In this document: positions 9,109 to 20,123 of the stretch, piece after piece
Numbering within the stretch: position 1 is the first letter of the stretch
Layout of the letters: each line of letters opens with the position of its first letter
Source: Candidatus Auribacterota bacterium
GTDB taxonomy: Bacteria > Auribacterota > JAFGBW01 > JAFGJP01
NCBI GenBank assembly: GCA_023144635.1
Contig: JAGLFH010000001.1
Coordinates: 10,324-74,323 of the forward strand
Direction of reading: 5' to 3'
DNA length: 64,000 nucleotides
Notes under the pieces: generated by a model
The model's database searches: none
Told to the model about the DNA's origin: nothing
What the model saw: the letters and a program-made list of their open reading frames with translations, nothing else
Program-made: the position numbers and the translations under genes

Positions 9109-10161
9109 TTATCTCAAATCTTTCCACTGGATTGCAGAGCCTTCCGGAATCGTATGACAAGCTATTTTCTTGTATGCAGTAGCGGTTTCTTCAGGAGAGA
9201 TACCGGTAACAGGCTTTATAAGAATAGTATTTTGTTTACTTATTTTTTCACCTTTTAAAATTCTTTTTTTTGCTTTAAGGCCGCGCCGGCCAGTCTTCCG
9301 GCATTCTATTTCATCTTTCCCAAGTTTTTTCATTTTACTTCCAAGAGATTTTTCAACAATACGTATCTTTTTCACCATTTCAGTAAACTCAGTTGGGTCA
9401 AGTGATAGTGCGTGATCAGGGCCATCCATTTTTTTATTAAGAGTAAAATGTTTTTCAATAATATTTGCACCGAGTGCAACAGCAGCTAATGCGGTATCTG
9501 CAACAGGTGAGTGGTCTGAAAGGCCAACAGGTACGTTAAAATGCTTTTTAAGGTGTTTAATAAACCTTATGTGCATGTCCTTATATTTTGGAGGATATAC
9601 AGCAATGCAGTGTAAAAGGGCAAGTTTAATGCAACCTTTATTTTTGCACCAGAAAACTGCTTTTTCGATCTCATCAAATGTAGCCATACCTGTAGAAAGT
9701 ATAATGGGAAGTTTTGTAAGTGCTGCTTTTTCAATTAGGGGTTTATGTGTTATATCGCCCGATGATATTTTTATAGCTGGAACTCCCAACTTTACAAGGT
9801 GCTTTATCATGGGTTCATCAAAAACAGATGATAAGAAAAGTATTCCTTGTTCATCAGCTTCTTTTTTAAGCTTTTTATGGTCATTTAGGCTAAGTTCTAA
9901 TGCTTTATACATATCAAAAGATGATTTTGTGCCACCGGTTACTCCTTCTACGGATTTAGTCTCTTTCAAAGTCTTTACACACATGTGTTCTGCTCTAAAA
10001 CTTTGAAATTTTATTGCATCAGCACCGCATTTTTTTGCTGTTTTTACCATCTCAAGAGCAATGTCAATATTGCTGTTGTGATTAACTCCTGCCTCTGCAA
10101 TGATAAAGGCCTTTTTGCCGCCTATTATTTTATTGCCGATTTTAAATTTATTCATTTCCAT
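9109..10161 (-). CDS. neuB: N-acetylneuraminate synthase family (NeuB/PseI/SpsE) with SAF domain
   Basis: IIAEAGVNHN, DAIKFQ, IILSTGMA, LLHC..YP, GLSDHS, IEKHFTL and GPDH. Confidence 0.88.
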   Translation of the reverse strand: MEMNKFKIGNKIIGGKKAFIIAEAGVNHNSNIDIALEMVKTAKKCGADAIKFQSFRAEHMCVKTLKETKSVEGVTGGTKSSFDMYKALELSLNDHKKLKKEADEQGILFLSSVFDEPMIKHLVKLGVPAIKISSGDITHKPLIEKAALTKLPIILSTGMATFDEIEKAVFWCKNKGCIKLALLHCIAVYPPKYKDMHIRFIKHLKKHFNVPVGLSDHSPVADTALAAVALGANIIEKHFTLNKKMDGPDHALSLDPTEFTEMVKKIRIVEKSLGSKMKKLGKDEIECRKTGRRGLKAKKRILKGEKISKQNTILIKPVTGISPEETATAYKKIACHTIPEGSAIQWKDLR

Positions 10162-10871
10162 CCCTTTTGTTTTATATCTTTATTTAAATTAAGTATTTCA
10201 GGATCTTTTTCAATAAGATCTATAGCATCTTCAAGAGAAATTATTGTTCCTGGATTGTAAACATTTTCGTATATTTTTTCTAAAAGAGAAAAGTCTTGGC
10301 TGGTATCGAGAGTTAAGCGGAGATCTTTTTTTGCTAACTTTCCTTTTACAAAAAATGATTCTATTTTAAAGAGACCTTTTCTAAAAAAGACCGGTATAAC
10401 ATGTTCTTTTTCAATCTCAGTTAAATCTTTAAGATTAAAAGCTTTATCAAGTGCTTTAAAAGTAAACACATCAACCCCACACCCAACAGGTGCATCCACA
10501 ACATTTACATAATCAGCTGAAGTTGATATTAAGGTCTCTGTTGCTTTATCAACAAAGTAAGGATGTATAAGAAGGTTATCTCCATTTACTCTAATAATAA
10601 TATCTGACGAGTATTTTAAAGAAGCCCCGTGGAAACGAGAAAGGACATCCTCTTCGCTACCTTTAAACACTTCTACTCCAGATGATTGCAAAATATCACA
10701 AAATTCATCATTTTCAATTGAAGGAATTGCTGCAATTATATCATCTGCATTTATTTTTTTAATACGCTCAATAATGAGTTCAATGACAGTTTTACCGCAG
10801 ATTTTTTTTAGAGCTTTTCCGGGAAGGCGAGTCGATCCGGTACGTGTTTGTATTATCGCTGATATTTTCAT
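10152..10871 (-). CDS. spsF: SpsF-like cytidylyltransferase-family protein
   Basis: IIQTRTGSTRLPGK, GSEEDVLSRF, EHV.P and RLTLDT..D. Confidence 0.8.
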   Translation of the reverse strand: MKISAIIQTRTGSTRLPGKALKKICGKTVIELIIERIKKINADDIIAAIPSIENDEFCDILQSSGVEVFKGSEEDVLSRFHGASLKYSSDIIIRVNGDNLLIHPYFVDKATETLISTSADYVNVVDAPVGCGVDVFTFKALDKAFNLKDLTEIEKEHVIPVFFRKGLFKIESFFVKGKLAKKDLRLTLDTSQDFSLLEKIYENVYNPGTIISLEDAIDLIEKDPEILNLNKDIKQKGWK

Positions 10872-11230
10872 GTTTTTGTTTTTAATAGGACGCAGATTTT
10901 CAGGATAAAATTATTTATTAAACGAAAAAAACTCTGTGTTTAACTATGTTCCTTTGTTGTTAATACCTTAAAAAAGTATAATATATTTTAAATATTACCA
11001 CGCTTGCCCTGAGCTTGTCGAAGGGGAAATACATTTTGCAAAATAGTGGGAAGTAAGTTGTGAGTTAATAAGAAAACTTTTTCTTATTACGGGGTTTGCT
11101 GTTCTCCTTCGGCGAATTAGTCCTAAAGGCTAGCGTCCCATTCTTTGCAATGATGACGTTTTACTTTTTTCCCTCTGTGTCCTCCGTGCTCTCTGTGGCA
11201 AATAATTATAATTATTTAGCGGAGCGTTCC

Positions 11231-12157
11231 TTATTCATTGATTTTTTCAAAGATTTCTTTATCGCTAAGTTTAAAATGTTTTTTTTCCTCTTTTCTTTTC
11301 TTTAAAGTTTTTGGTAAAAACTTTAAAGCTTGAAAAAAAGCTTTCCAGAATCTTGTGCGAAGCATAAAAAGATCCCTTATTAAGAAAAGAGGTATGAACA
11401 GGAACATCGAAATAAGCTTATCCTTATCCGTAATGTTTTTCCATGTAAAAAGGTAGTTGTTCCTGGCTGAGATAATACGGATATTATCAAAATGTTTGTC
11501 TTTAGAAATACTTCCGCGTATTTTGTGCCAGACTTTGGCCTCTTTCTCATAAATGATTTTGTAACCTCTTTTAAGCGCGCGGTAAGAAATATCGATTTCT
11601 TCATAATAATATGGGTAGAAAATCTCATTATCAAATCCACCTAGGGCTTCATATATGTCCTTTTTAAATAAAAAAGCTCCACCACAAGCGAACATTGTGG
11701 CTGTTTTTGTGTTATTTATGGGTTTTTCATATTGTGAGAAATGTCCGAATTTAAAATCTCCACCGCGGTTTCCGTACTGAAAATTATTTTTCCAGTCAAA
11801 AACAGCAGGTGTTACAGCAAAGACACCGTCTTCTTTGATGTGTTTTGCAAGATTAGGAACAGTGTCCATTCCAAGTTTCATATCACTGTTTAAAAGCATT
11901 ACATAAGGGGCATTTGCTTTACTCACTCCATAATTAGATGCTTCAATAAACCCTAAATTAGAAGGGGTAACATGTATCTTTATTTGCGGGAAAGTTTCTT
12001 TTACAAATTTCACCGAATCATCTGTCGAAGAATCGTCTATAAGTAGGATCTCATAGGAATTTTCTTTATCAGCTGAGGCGGCATCAATAAGCAAAGGTAG
12101 AGTATCGCGAAGAAGTTCTCTACCATTCCAGTTTGTCATTATAAGAGAGATTTTCAT
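11231..12157 (-). CDS. Glycosyltransferase family 2
   Basis: NWNG, IDDSSTDDS, NLGF...N.G, LLNSD and GGFD..YYEEIDISYRA. Confidence 0.92.
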   Translation of the reverse strand: MKISLIMTNWNGRELLRDTLPLLIDAASADKENSYEILLIDDSSTDDSVKFVKETFPQIKIHVTPSNLGFIEASNYGVSKANAPYVMLLNSDMKLGMDTVPNLAKHIKEDGVFAVTPAVFDWKNNFQYGNRGGDFKFGHFSQYEKPINNTKTATMFACGGAFLFKKDIYEALGGFDNEIFYPYYYEEIDISYRALKRGYKIIYEKEAKVWHKIRGSISKDKHFDNIRIISARNNYLFTWKNITDKDKLISMFLFIPLFLIRDLFMLRTRFWKAFFQALKFLPKTLKKRKEEKKHFKLSDKEIFEKINE

Positions 12158-12485
12158 AATAAAGAGTACGGGCTAATCAGTAAAGTTCATTTATAAGTAT
12201 ACACAATATAGATTTTCTTATAAATATAACTATTTACGCAAGGATTAAATGTAATTTAGGCAATAGGCTATAGGTAATGGGGAATAGGTGAAAAATCAGA
12301 AATAACAAATATTTTTTACACTTTACGGTGGTTGCTTTGAAGCTCTGCTTCTCGCAATGACGATTATTTACGATTTATATTTTCCGTGTCCTATCCGTGT
12401 TTCTCCGTGGTTAATAGTTTTTTCTTTTTTATTAATGTCAGCGAAGCGTTCCATTAACGCATGACGCACAACTCATGACGAATAA

Positions 12486-13040
12486 CTATCTTTTTTTAAT
12501 AAGTTCTAAGAACTCATTTCGCGTTGCTCTTTCATCTCTAAATGCACCAAGCATAGCAGAAGTTACTGCAGCAGAGTTTTGTTTTTCAACTCCGCGCATT
12601 GCCATACACAAATGAGTTGCTTCAATAACAACACCTACACCAAGAGGATTTATGGCGTTTTGTATTGTTTCTGCTATTTGAGTTGTGAGGCGCTCTTGGA
12701 CCTGAAGACGCCTTGAAAAGCATTCGACTATTCTTGGTATCTTGCTAAGACCTATAAGCATACCATCAGGTAAATATGCAACGTGACATTTTCCGTAAAA
12801 TGGCAACATATGATGTTCGCAAAGACTATAAATATCGATGTTTTTAATGATCACCATTTCATCGTATTTTTCTTTAAAAACACCATTTTTTAAAATTGAA
12901 ATAGGATCTTCATTATAGCCTTTAGTTAGAAATTTAAGTGATTTAGCAAATCTGTAAGGCGTTTTTTCAAGTCCCTCACGTGTAACATCTTCACCAATAG
13001 CTTCAATTATCTTTTTGACACTTTCTTCAATAGCTTTCAT
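12486..13040 (-). CDS. folE: GTP cyclohydrolase I
   Basis: [34 protein letters not shown] and HLCMAMRGV. Confidence 0.97.
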   Translation of the reverse strand: MKAIEESVKKIIEAIGEDVTREGLEKTPYRFAKSLKFLTKGYNEDPISILKNGVFKEKYDEMVIIKNIDIYSLCEHHMLPFYGKCHVAYLPDGMLIGLSKIPRIVECFSRRLQVQERLTTQIAETIQNAINPLGVGVVIEATHLCMAMRGVEKQNSAAVTSAMLGAFRDERATRNEFLELIKKR

Positions 13041-16000
13041 TTTTTAAATATACTCCTCTTGCAATAATTCGAAACGCCTGACAAACTGCTTCTTTATCAT
13101 CAAGGCCTCTTAAACGCATAATACAGGCGCTTCTTTTTACAGTTTTTATAGCATCAGCTTCAGCTTCAAGAAAAAGCCTTCTGACCATATCAGGATAAAG
13201 ATTATGGAGATAATCCTTTGCCATACCAAAAGTGAAAATTTGACGCTCACGGTTTTTTATAATATTCCAAGCGCAAGAAAAATCAAAAAGAAGAGTGAAA
13301 GTCTTATCAAATCCATCCAGTATTGATTGGAAGAAAGAATGCTGTTCTCGTGTACCTATTCCAAAATCAAGGCCGGTTATATGGTTATAAAAAAGTCCGA
13401 GTATCTCGGCATAGATAGATTCGGTATAAAAAATAGGCAATGCTATTTTTCCTTCTTTTTCAGCTTGAAATAAGACCTGTGCTAAAACTTTTGCCTGATA
13501 TTCTAGTGAATCAGGAATAGGGCAGCGGCCAAGTACAGAAATATCATCCAGGAGGGCGGAGATCTTTTCTTCCACTGATTGGCAAAAAATATCTCTTTTG
13601 CTGCTTCTTCCTTTCCAGTTTTCAGGATAAATATCTTTAATGGATTCCACAGCGTTAAAAAGAACGTCGTTTTCCATCTCGGAAAATACTTTTTTTGAAG
13701 AGCTTTGCATCTTTTGAAGAGCTTTATCGTTCATCAGATGCTTATGGAGTTCGACATCATCACCTTTTATTATAATTCTTTCTATAAAAGGCCCTGTCTT
13801 TACTCTACTTAGAATATCTTTATAATAATCTTCTATGTCTTTTGCGGCACTTGATTCATTTTTAAACATTTTTAAAGCCCTTTGAGATACACTTCTTTTT
13901 GCAAGTTCTACAAAAGGCTGGTTTTGAGGATCTGTATCAAAGTAAGTTTTCATTTCCTTTGAATCTTTTTTATTAAAATTAAGTTTATCAACAGAGACCT
14001 TTTTAGCAATAAAATTTTCAGCTGTCCTTAATATTCCAAAGCGAACGGTGAACTCCTGAAAGAAAAGAGCGCAAGCGGCCATATTTTCTTCACTTAAATT
14101 ATTTCTGTTAAATTCAAATATAGGGACTTTCTTTGCTATTGATTTTTCAAGCTGTAATTTGGAAACTGATTTATCAAGTGAACGAGTATTTTGGATTATA
14201 ACAAGAGGGGGCTTTGAAGGATTAAGTTTTAAAATTGTTTTTACTTTTCTGTTTAATTCATCATTGCCTATAGCAGTTATTACAAAAGCACCTTTTCTGT
14301 TTTTGCCGTTGCTTTCAGGAAAGAGCTGAGCTTTTTGCTGTGCTTCAGCTTTCATGTAAAAAAGCGGATAAGCAAATATGATGACTTCAGGATCTATTAT
14401 GTGTGAAAGAACAGCAAGTTTTAGTGCAGAGTTTTCTTCTGCCTCATGACTCTCCAGTAACGGTATCAGCTTTTTCCCTGCAATAAATTGTTTTTGAATG
14501 GATCTTCCTGAAAAGAATATGGTTACTGCTCCTGATTGGCAAAGTTCTGAAAAACGGCCTCCTACATTATTAGGAATTGTAAAAACTGCTAAAGGAGAGT
14601 CTTTCATAAGTTCTTTGATCATTGGAGATGATGCAAAAGCATAAAAGCGGCTTTGTTCCTTAGAAATAGAAGTTGTAAAAATAACTCTCTTAAAAAGTTC
14701 TTTTAGTAAAGTAAGTCCCTGCGGATCAAGCTTCAGGTCTTTCAATTTTGATTTTGAAAAAAGAATTTTATTTTCACCTTCATTGCCCTTCTTTAATAAG
14801 GTACGAAACCTGTCAAAAACTTCTTCACCAACTACTGCTCCAAAATCAAAATGTATTGCAAGCTCTATGCAGAGTGTATGCAGTGCATCTTGAAAACCAA
14901 TAAGTGTTTCATCAGTGGTTCCTGATTTTGAACTTGCATGAAGGAGTATTTTATGAGATGGTATGTGGCTTTTTTTGAATTCATTTAAAACGGATCCGAT
15001 ATCTGTGCCTAGTTTTTCAATGACCTTTATTTTTAAACCTTTGATTCGGCCCATGGTTTCTATTTGAGCCCTGTTTCCTAGCGCTTGCCCACCGATACCA
15101 AAATGGATAAGACCAGAGAACCCTTCTTTAATACGGCTTACTATCCACTTTTGAATTTCTTTTCTCTCACTTTCAGCATTGGATCCAAAAGTGCCTTTTT
15201 TTGTGCTTCTGTATCCAAATCGATCACTTGATTCATTTTTATCTATTAATTTCACATGTTCTTTAAAAGCTTTGCTTTTCAAAAATGCCTGGTAATCTTT
15301 TAAAGAAACGAATGAATCAAAATTCTTAAATGAGAAGATGTCGTAATCTTTTTTTATAACATGGGAACTATTAGGAGAGCTAATGCTGTTTTGAAATAAG
15401 AGTTCTTTTTCTATTTCTTCTATGCCTATATCTTTTATCTGAGAACTTTTAAGAAAATCAATAAATTCTTCAATTACCATTATTAGTCTTTTTTGTGTAG
15501 GTCCTTCAAATTTATATGTAAATTTCGGTGATGTATTTGATGCTCTCATTAGAAGAAATGAATTATCTTCAAAAACAATGCGAACGCCATCAATATCAAT
15601 AATATTGCTGATCTCTTTTGAAAAAGGATTTGATATTCTCTTTTCTTTTATTTCAAAAGCGGTTTTCTTAAAATCATCTATGGCGGCAAATTTCTCACTA
15701 TCCTCAAAAGGAGCTTTGTCTCGTATTTCATTGGAAACAGGTTGCCATTTAAAAATATCAAAAATATCTTTTACCAGATAAGATCTTTTTTTCTTAAGTT
15801 TTAGATAAGCTTCTTTTGCTTCCACATCATTAAGGCTGTCAATAATGCAAAGCAGATTTACGGAAGAAAAAATGCCGTCATCAATGACTATGTCAGGATA
15901 GTTGTCCGGTGCTGTTGCATAGAAAAAATGCCCGGATGTTTCTGCTGACGTATAAGTCTTTTTTAACTTTTCAAGAAGGTCTTTGTCTTTTTTAGCCGGT

Positions 16001-17271
16001 TTCTTTGTTTGGATGATATTGTCAATCTTTTCTATTTGTTCTTTAACAAATGTTCTATGACTTGGGTAACCGCCTGGAATGTAAAATCCGAAAAGACCCA
16101 GTTTTTTCTTTTTTGCAAAATCGGCAATCAGCTTTTCTGTAAAGCTTGGTCCTCGAACGTCAAGAGCAAGACCAACTTTTTCACCGATTTTTTCAAGGTA
16201 TTGTAAAGCACTTAAGTTTTCCAGTATGAAACGGATATAATTTATCACAACTATTTTTTCAGGATAAATTACATCACCATCTTCATTAACAATACCGGAG
16301 CGGTCTCCGTCACCGTCAAAAACAACCCCAATAAACGGGATTTTACTTGTTTTATTAAGGGAACGAACAAATTCACAGGTAAATTTTACGCCATCTTCTT
16401 TCGAAGGATCTGCAGGATGGTTTGGAAAACGACCATCACTTTTGCTGAAAATTGAAAGTGTTTGCACTCCTAATGCCTTAAAAAGTTTTTCTGCACATGC
16501 TCCGACACCATTTCCGGGATCAAGGACAACAGCAAAAGATTTTTTAAATTTTCCTTTTCCGGCTTTAAGTTTCTTTTTGAAATATTTTATAAAATCGTCA
16601 ATATATTCATCTACAATACCTTTTAATTCCCTTTTTTTTCCGCCATCAAGAAATCGAAGACCTGTTTTTGAAACAATACGATCATAAATATTAATCAGTT
16701 CAAAAGGACGGTTTCTTTTATTACCATAAAGAGCTGATGGATCTCCTGATGCGTTATGAAAACCATTTTTATCCTGCCGGCTGGTTATTTTAAAGCCGTT
16801 ATTAAAATAAGGATTATGTGAACCGGTTATCTGTATTGAAATATCATAATCTGATATCAGTATCTTACGGCTTACTGCCCCTGTGGGAACTTCTTCTTCA
16901 GTATAATCTACGTAGCAGCCCGCATCAAAGGCTCCCTCTACAAGAGCTTTTCTTAAACTTGGTGACGATAATCTGTTGTCTGCCGCAATAAAAACCTTTG
17001 GTCTGTAGTCTTTTTCTTTTTGGGATGAACTTTTTTCTATAAAATCACAACCTATCGCAAGTCCTATTAAATATGCATCTTTTGGCCTCAGATTTACTCT
17101 TGCATCCTTATAACATGCAATTGCATCTCCTCTTATATCATATCCCTGGAAAATATTTATATCTATTTTCTCACAATCATTTAAAGCAGATTCTTTATCA
17201 ATGGTATCTTTTTCTTCTTCGATAGAATTAAATGCTGACGTGTTAAGTAATTTTTCTATAGAACCCTTCAT
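13027..17271 (-). CDS. Fused phosphomanno/glucomutase and phosphoglucose isomerase-like protein
   Basis: N half: YDIRG, TGSHNP, DGDGDR, AETSGH, DGVR, RASNTSP. C half: [43 protein letters not shown]. Confidence 0.82.
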   Translation of the reverse strand: MKGSIEKLLNTSAFNSIEEEKDTIDKESALNDCEKIDINIFQGYDIRGDAIACYKDARVNLRPKDAYLIGLAIGCDFIEKSSSQKEKDYRPKVFIAADNRLSSPSLRKALVEGAFDAGCYVDYTEEEVPTGAVSRKILISDYDISIQITGSHNPYFNNGFKITSRQDKNGFHNASGDPSALYGNKRNRPFELINIYDRIVSKTGLRFLDGGKKRELKGIVDEYIDDFIKYFKKKLKAGKGKFKKSFAVVLDPGNGVGACAEKLFKALGVQTLSIFSKSDGRFPNHPADPSKEDGVKFTCEFVRSLNKTSKIPFIGVVFDGDGDRSGIVNEDGDVIYPEKIVVINYIRFILENLSALQYLEKIGEKVGLALDVRGPSFTEKLIADFAKKKKLGLFGFYIPGGYPSHRTFVKEQIEKIDNIIQTKKPAKKDKDLLEKLKKTYTSAETSGHFFYATAPDNYPDIVIDDGIFSSVNLLCIIDSLNDVEAKEAYLKLKKKRSYLVKDIFDIFKWQPVSNEIRDKAPFEDSEKFAAIDDFKKTAFEIKEKRISNPFSKEISNIIDIDGVRIVFEDNSFLLMRASNTSPKFTYKFEGPTQKRLIMVIEEFIDFLKSSQIKDIGIEEIEKELLFQNSISSPNSSHVIKKDYDIFSFKNFDSFVSLKDYQAFLKSKAFKEHVKLIDKNESSDRFGYRSTKKGTFGSNAESERKEIQKWIVSRIKEGFSGLIHFGIGGQALGNRAQIETMGRIKGLKIKVIEKLGTDIGSVLNEFKKSHIPSHKILLHASSKSGTTDETLIGFQDALHTLCIELAIHFDFGAVVGEEVFDRFRTLLKKGNEGENKILFSKSKLKDLKLDPQGLTLLKELFKRVIFTTSISKEQSRFYAFASSPMIKELMKDSPLAVFTIPNNVGGRFSELCQSGAVTIFFSGRSIQKQFIAGKKLIPLLESHEAEENSALKLAVLSHIIDPEVIIFAYPLFYMKAEAQQKAQLFPESNGKNRKGAFVITAIGNDELNRKVKTILKLNPSKPPLVIIQNTRSLDKSVSKLQLEKSIAKKVPIFEFNRNNLSEENMAACALFFQEFTVRFGILRTAENFIAKKVSVDKLNFNKKDSKEMKTYFDTDPQNQPFVELAKRSVSQRALKMFKNESSAAKDIEDYYKDILSRVKTGPFIERIIIKGDDVELHKHLMNDKALQKMQSSSKKVFSEMENDVLFNAVESIKDIYPENWKGRSSKRDIFCQSVEEKISALLDDISVLGRCPIPDSLEYQAKVLAQVLFQAEKEGKIALPIFYTESIYAEILGLFYNHITGLDFGIGTREQHSFFQSILDGFDKTFTLLFDFSCAWNIIKNRERQIFTFGMAKDYLHNLYPDMVRRLFLEAEADAIKTVKRSACIMRLRGLDDKEAVCQAFRIIARGVYLKNESY

Positions 17272-17322
17272 AAATGTTAACTCCTTTTAACTGTGAAATT
17301 ATGCTAAAGATGAAGTCTTAAA

Positions 17323-18243
17323 TCAGAAAGAATCGCTTTTTTTATTGATCTGTGGAGTACTGATTACTTTTGTACCACTTTCAACAGATGACGTAAGCCA
17401 GACATTTCCGCCGATGACTGCATCTTTTCCTATGAGTGTTTTACCGCCAAGTATGGTTGCACCCGCATAAATAGTGACATTATTTTCAATGGTAGGATGT
17501 CTCTTTGCCCCTTTGATAATGTTTCCCCGTTCATCTTTAGGAAAGCTAAGGGCTCCAAGAGTTACACCCTGATATATTTTTACGTTATCACCTATTATTG
17601 TCGTTTCACCTATAACAATACCGGTTCCGTGATCAGTAAAAAAATTTTTACCAATTTGGGCTCCGGGGTGTATATCAATACCGGTTTTTGCATGAGCATT
17701 TTCAGACATTATTCTAGGTATTAATGGTACATTTTGTACATATAGCTCATGAGCTATCCTGTGTGTAGTAATAGCAAAAAGTCCTGGATAGCTTACAATT
17801 ATTTCTTCAAATGATTTTGCAGCCGGATCTCCGTCAAACGCAGCTTCAACATCACCTTTTAAAAGCTCACGAACAAAGGGGAGTTTCAATAAGAACTCTT
17901 TTACTGTTTCCGGTGCTTTTTGATTGCAGTTACATGTGTTGCATTCTTTATCAGAACACCAGTAGCAAAATGCATGTTCTACTTCTTCTGTTAAGCGAAT
18001 ATTAATGTTATTAAGGAGATCGCCTACATAATACTGTATGGTTTCTTTTTCCAGTTCTCTTTTACCAAAAAAACCCGGAAAAAGTATTTTGAAAAGATCA
18101 TCCAGTATTTCAATTATTATTTTTTTTGAAGGAAGTTTACGAAGCTTGCTTCTGCTGAATATGCCGTCATCTTTATATGAACTGCAGACATCAGTTACAA
18201 GATCAGTCATCCAGTTTTCATGTTTTGATGCATTCTCTTTCAT
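17323..18243 (-). CDS. cysE: Serine O-acetyltransferase (long EpsC/CysE type)
   Basis: GDPAA, YPG, HRIAH, GIDIHPGA, DHGTG, YQGVTLG and KRHPT. Confidence 0.93.
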   Translation of the reverse strand: MKENASKHENWMTDLVTDVCSSYKDDGIFSRSKLRKLPSKKIIIEILDDLFKILFPGFFGKRELEKETIQYYVGDLLNNINIRLTEEVEHAFCYWCSDKECNTCNCNQKAPETVKEFLLKLPFVRELLKGDVEAAFDGDPAAKSFEEIIVSYPGLFAITTHRIAHELYVQNVPLIPRIMSENAHAKTGIDIHPGAQIGKNFFTDHGTGIVIGETTIIGDNVKIYQGVTLGALSFPKDERGNIIKGAKRHPTIENNVTIYAGATILGGKTLIGKDAVIGGNVWLTSSVESGTKVISTPQINKKSDSF

Positions 18244-18485
18244 TCGTATCCTCCGGCTTCGCTTTAAAGAATATATATATTAAACTATATTACTATAAAT
18301 TCAAGGCTAAAAAGTAGTAAGTAGTAAGAACTAAGATTCGTTGAGCGCTAAAGCACAATGATTTTGAAAAGATAGTATGAGAAACAGTTTATATATTGGA
18401 CAAGATATAGATAATAATCTATTTCTAATAAACTTAAGAAGTCTTTGTAGTGAGTCCGAATATTTCTGCGAGATATTTTCTAATT

Positions 18486-18881
18486 TTATCTCTTTGAAAA
18501 CTGGAATCTGGCGCGGGCTCCGCGCTGTCCATATTTTTTGCGCTCTTTTTTACGCGAATCACGAGTTAAAAGTCCGGATTTTTTAAGAGTTGCTCTTGAA
18601 GATGTACTTGATTTTAGGATTGCTCTTGATATTCCAAGACGAAGAGCTCCGGCTTGTCCTGTAATTCCTCCACCGGTGATCCTAGCTATAATATCAAAGT
18701 TTTTTATTGAATCTGTAAGCTCTATAGGCTGCATAATATCTTTAATGAGAGCTTTACTCGGGAAGTAATCCTTTAGCTCTTTATCGTTTACTTTAAAACT
18801 GCCTTTTCCCAGAACAAGCCTTACTCTGGCAACTGCACATTTTCTTCTACCGACAGCTATGTATTCTGTTACTTGAGACAC
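18486..18881 (-). CDS. rpsI: 30S ribosomal protein S9
   Basis: GRRK..VARV, GGG.TGQAGA and LTRDSRKKERKKYG...FQFSKR. Confidence 0.98.
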   Translation of the reverse strand: MSQVTEYIAVGRRKCAVARVRLVLGKGSFKVNDKELKDYFPSKALIKDIMQPIELTDSIKNFDIIARITGGGITGQAGALRLGISRAILKSSTSSRATLKKSGLLTRDSRKKERKKYGQRGARARFQFSKR

Positions 18882-18893
18882 TTTTATTTCTCC

Positions 18894-19331
18894 TTATAAA
18901 GTTACTGTTTGCGGTTTCTGAGCTTTGTGAGGATGTGAGGTTCCTCTAAATATCTTTAATCTTTTTAACCTATTTGAAGCTAGTTTATTTCTAGGAAGCA
19001 TACCTTTTACTGCCTCAAAAAGCAGGTACTCAGGCTTTTTTTCTTTAAGTTCCTTGAAGTTCCATTTTTTTAAACCGCCCATATATCCTGAATGTTTATA
19101 ATACATCTTATTAGTTTCTTTTTTTCCGCTGATGGCAATGTCGCTTATATTTGTAACAAGTATAAAGTCGCCGCTATCTACATGAGGAGTATATTCCGGC
19201 TTATCTTTACCCATAAGCCTTATAGCTATTTTTTCAGCAAGTATTCCTATATTTACCCCTGTTGCATCATAATGATACCAGGAACGAACCACATCTTCTT
19301 TTTTTAAAATAAAAGTTTTCATATTTTGCAC
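18894..19331 (-). CDS. rplM: 50S ribosomal protein L13
   Basis: GKDKPEYTPHVDSGD, YYKHSGYMGGLK, AVKGMLP and HPHKAQKP. Confidence 0.98.
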   Translation of the reverse strand: MQNMKTFILKKEDVVRSWYHYDATGVNIGILAEKIAIRLMGKDKPEYTPHVDSGDFILVTNISDIAISGKKETNKMYYKHSGYMGGLKKWNFKELKEKKPEYLLFEAVKGMLPRNKLASNRLKRLKIFRGTSHPHKAQKPQTVTL

Positions 19332-19354
19332 CTAAGTTTGATTTAAAGTGAAAA

Positions 19355-19383
19355 AAGTTACCATAAGGTAAACGTGATGTCAA
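19355..19383 (-). promoter_or_regulatory. sigma70 promoter of rplM-rpsI
   Basis: TTGACA-N17-TAACTT with an extended -10 TG. Confidence 0.65.
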
Positions 19384-19392
19384 TATTTAATT

Positions 19393-19845
19393 TTAACTTT
19401 TTTCAATTAATTCTATGTTATGTTTATTTAAAACCGCTGCGCAAACTCCGGATCCTTTAATGACAGTTCCAAAGCAGCTTACTGATGTTACTCCGCAAGA
19501 GGGGCTTCTGGACTTTAAAAATGCTTTTGAAATGTTTAGCTCTTTAATCATTTTCAAACACTCATTGGCTCCTTTTATGAAAAAATCAGTAACATCCTCT
19601 CCGTCTTCACTATATACCCGGGCTTTTTTTTCTAACACATCTTGTCCTGTAGCCGGCATCATAGTTTCAATATTCCTGATGCATGATTTTTTTCTTGGTG
19701 TGGACATTCCTCCAGAAACTTCCGGACAAAAAGGGACACAATCATATTGTTTGATAAGATTATCAATTTCGGGATTTTTACAATTGAGTCCGTCGTAACG
19801 GCAATTAACACCAAGAATGCAGGCTGAAATAAGAACTTTTTCCAT
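19393..19845 (-). CDS. DUF523 / 2-thiouracil desulfurase family protein
   Basis: ISACILGVNCRYDG, CPEV.GGM.TPR, DVTD.F..GA and LKSRSPSCG. Confidence 0.9.
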   Translation of the reverse strand: MEKVLISACILGVNCRYDGLNCKNPEIDNLIKQYDCVPFCPEVSGGMSTPRKKSCIRNIETMMPATGQDVLEKKARVYSEDGEDVTDFFIKGANECLKMIKELNISKAFLKSRSPSCGVTSVSCFGTVIKGSGVCAAVLNKHNIELIEKS

Positions 19846-19854
19846 GTTAAAAAA

Positions 19855-20022
19855 CTATCTGCTTCTTCTATTTTCTTTTCTTCTTCGTCTTATTTGACTA
19901 GGCTTTTCATAATGTCTGTGTTTTTTGATCTGTTTCATTATGCCCTCTTTATCCATTTTTTTCTTAAGTCTGCGAAGAGCTTTATCAACAGATTCATTTT
20001 TTTTTACAATAACTTCTGTCAC
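19855..20022 (-). CDS. rpsU: 30S ribosomal protein S21 (55 aa; absent from the ORF track)
   Basis: Manual translation MTEVIVKKNESVDKALRRLKKKMDKEGIMKQIKKHRHYEKPSQIRRRRKENRRSR; GTG start after AGAGGTGA. Confidence 0.95.
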   Translation of the reverse strand: MTEVIVKKNESVDKALRRLKKKMDKEGIMKQIKKHRHYEKPSQIRRRRKENRRSR

Positions 20023-20072
20023 TTCTTAATCACCTCTTTTTCTATATATTTTTTCCACTTTTGGGAAAATGA

Positions 20073-20101
20073 ATTTTAGTTTTTTTTAAGAGTATTGTCA
20101 A
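20073..20101 (-). promoter_or_regulatory. sigma70 promoter of rpsU
   Basis: TTGACA-N17-TAAAAT. Confidence 0.7.
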
Positions 20102-20123
20102 TACTAAAAGAAAATTATGCGGG

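Noticed and set aside
19894-20079. 61-aa plus-strand ORF
   Set aside because: It is antisense to the clear rpsU gene.
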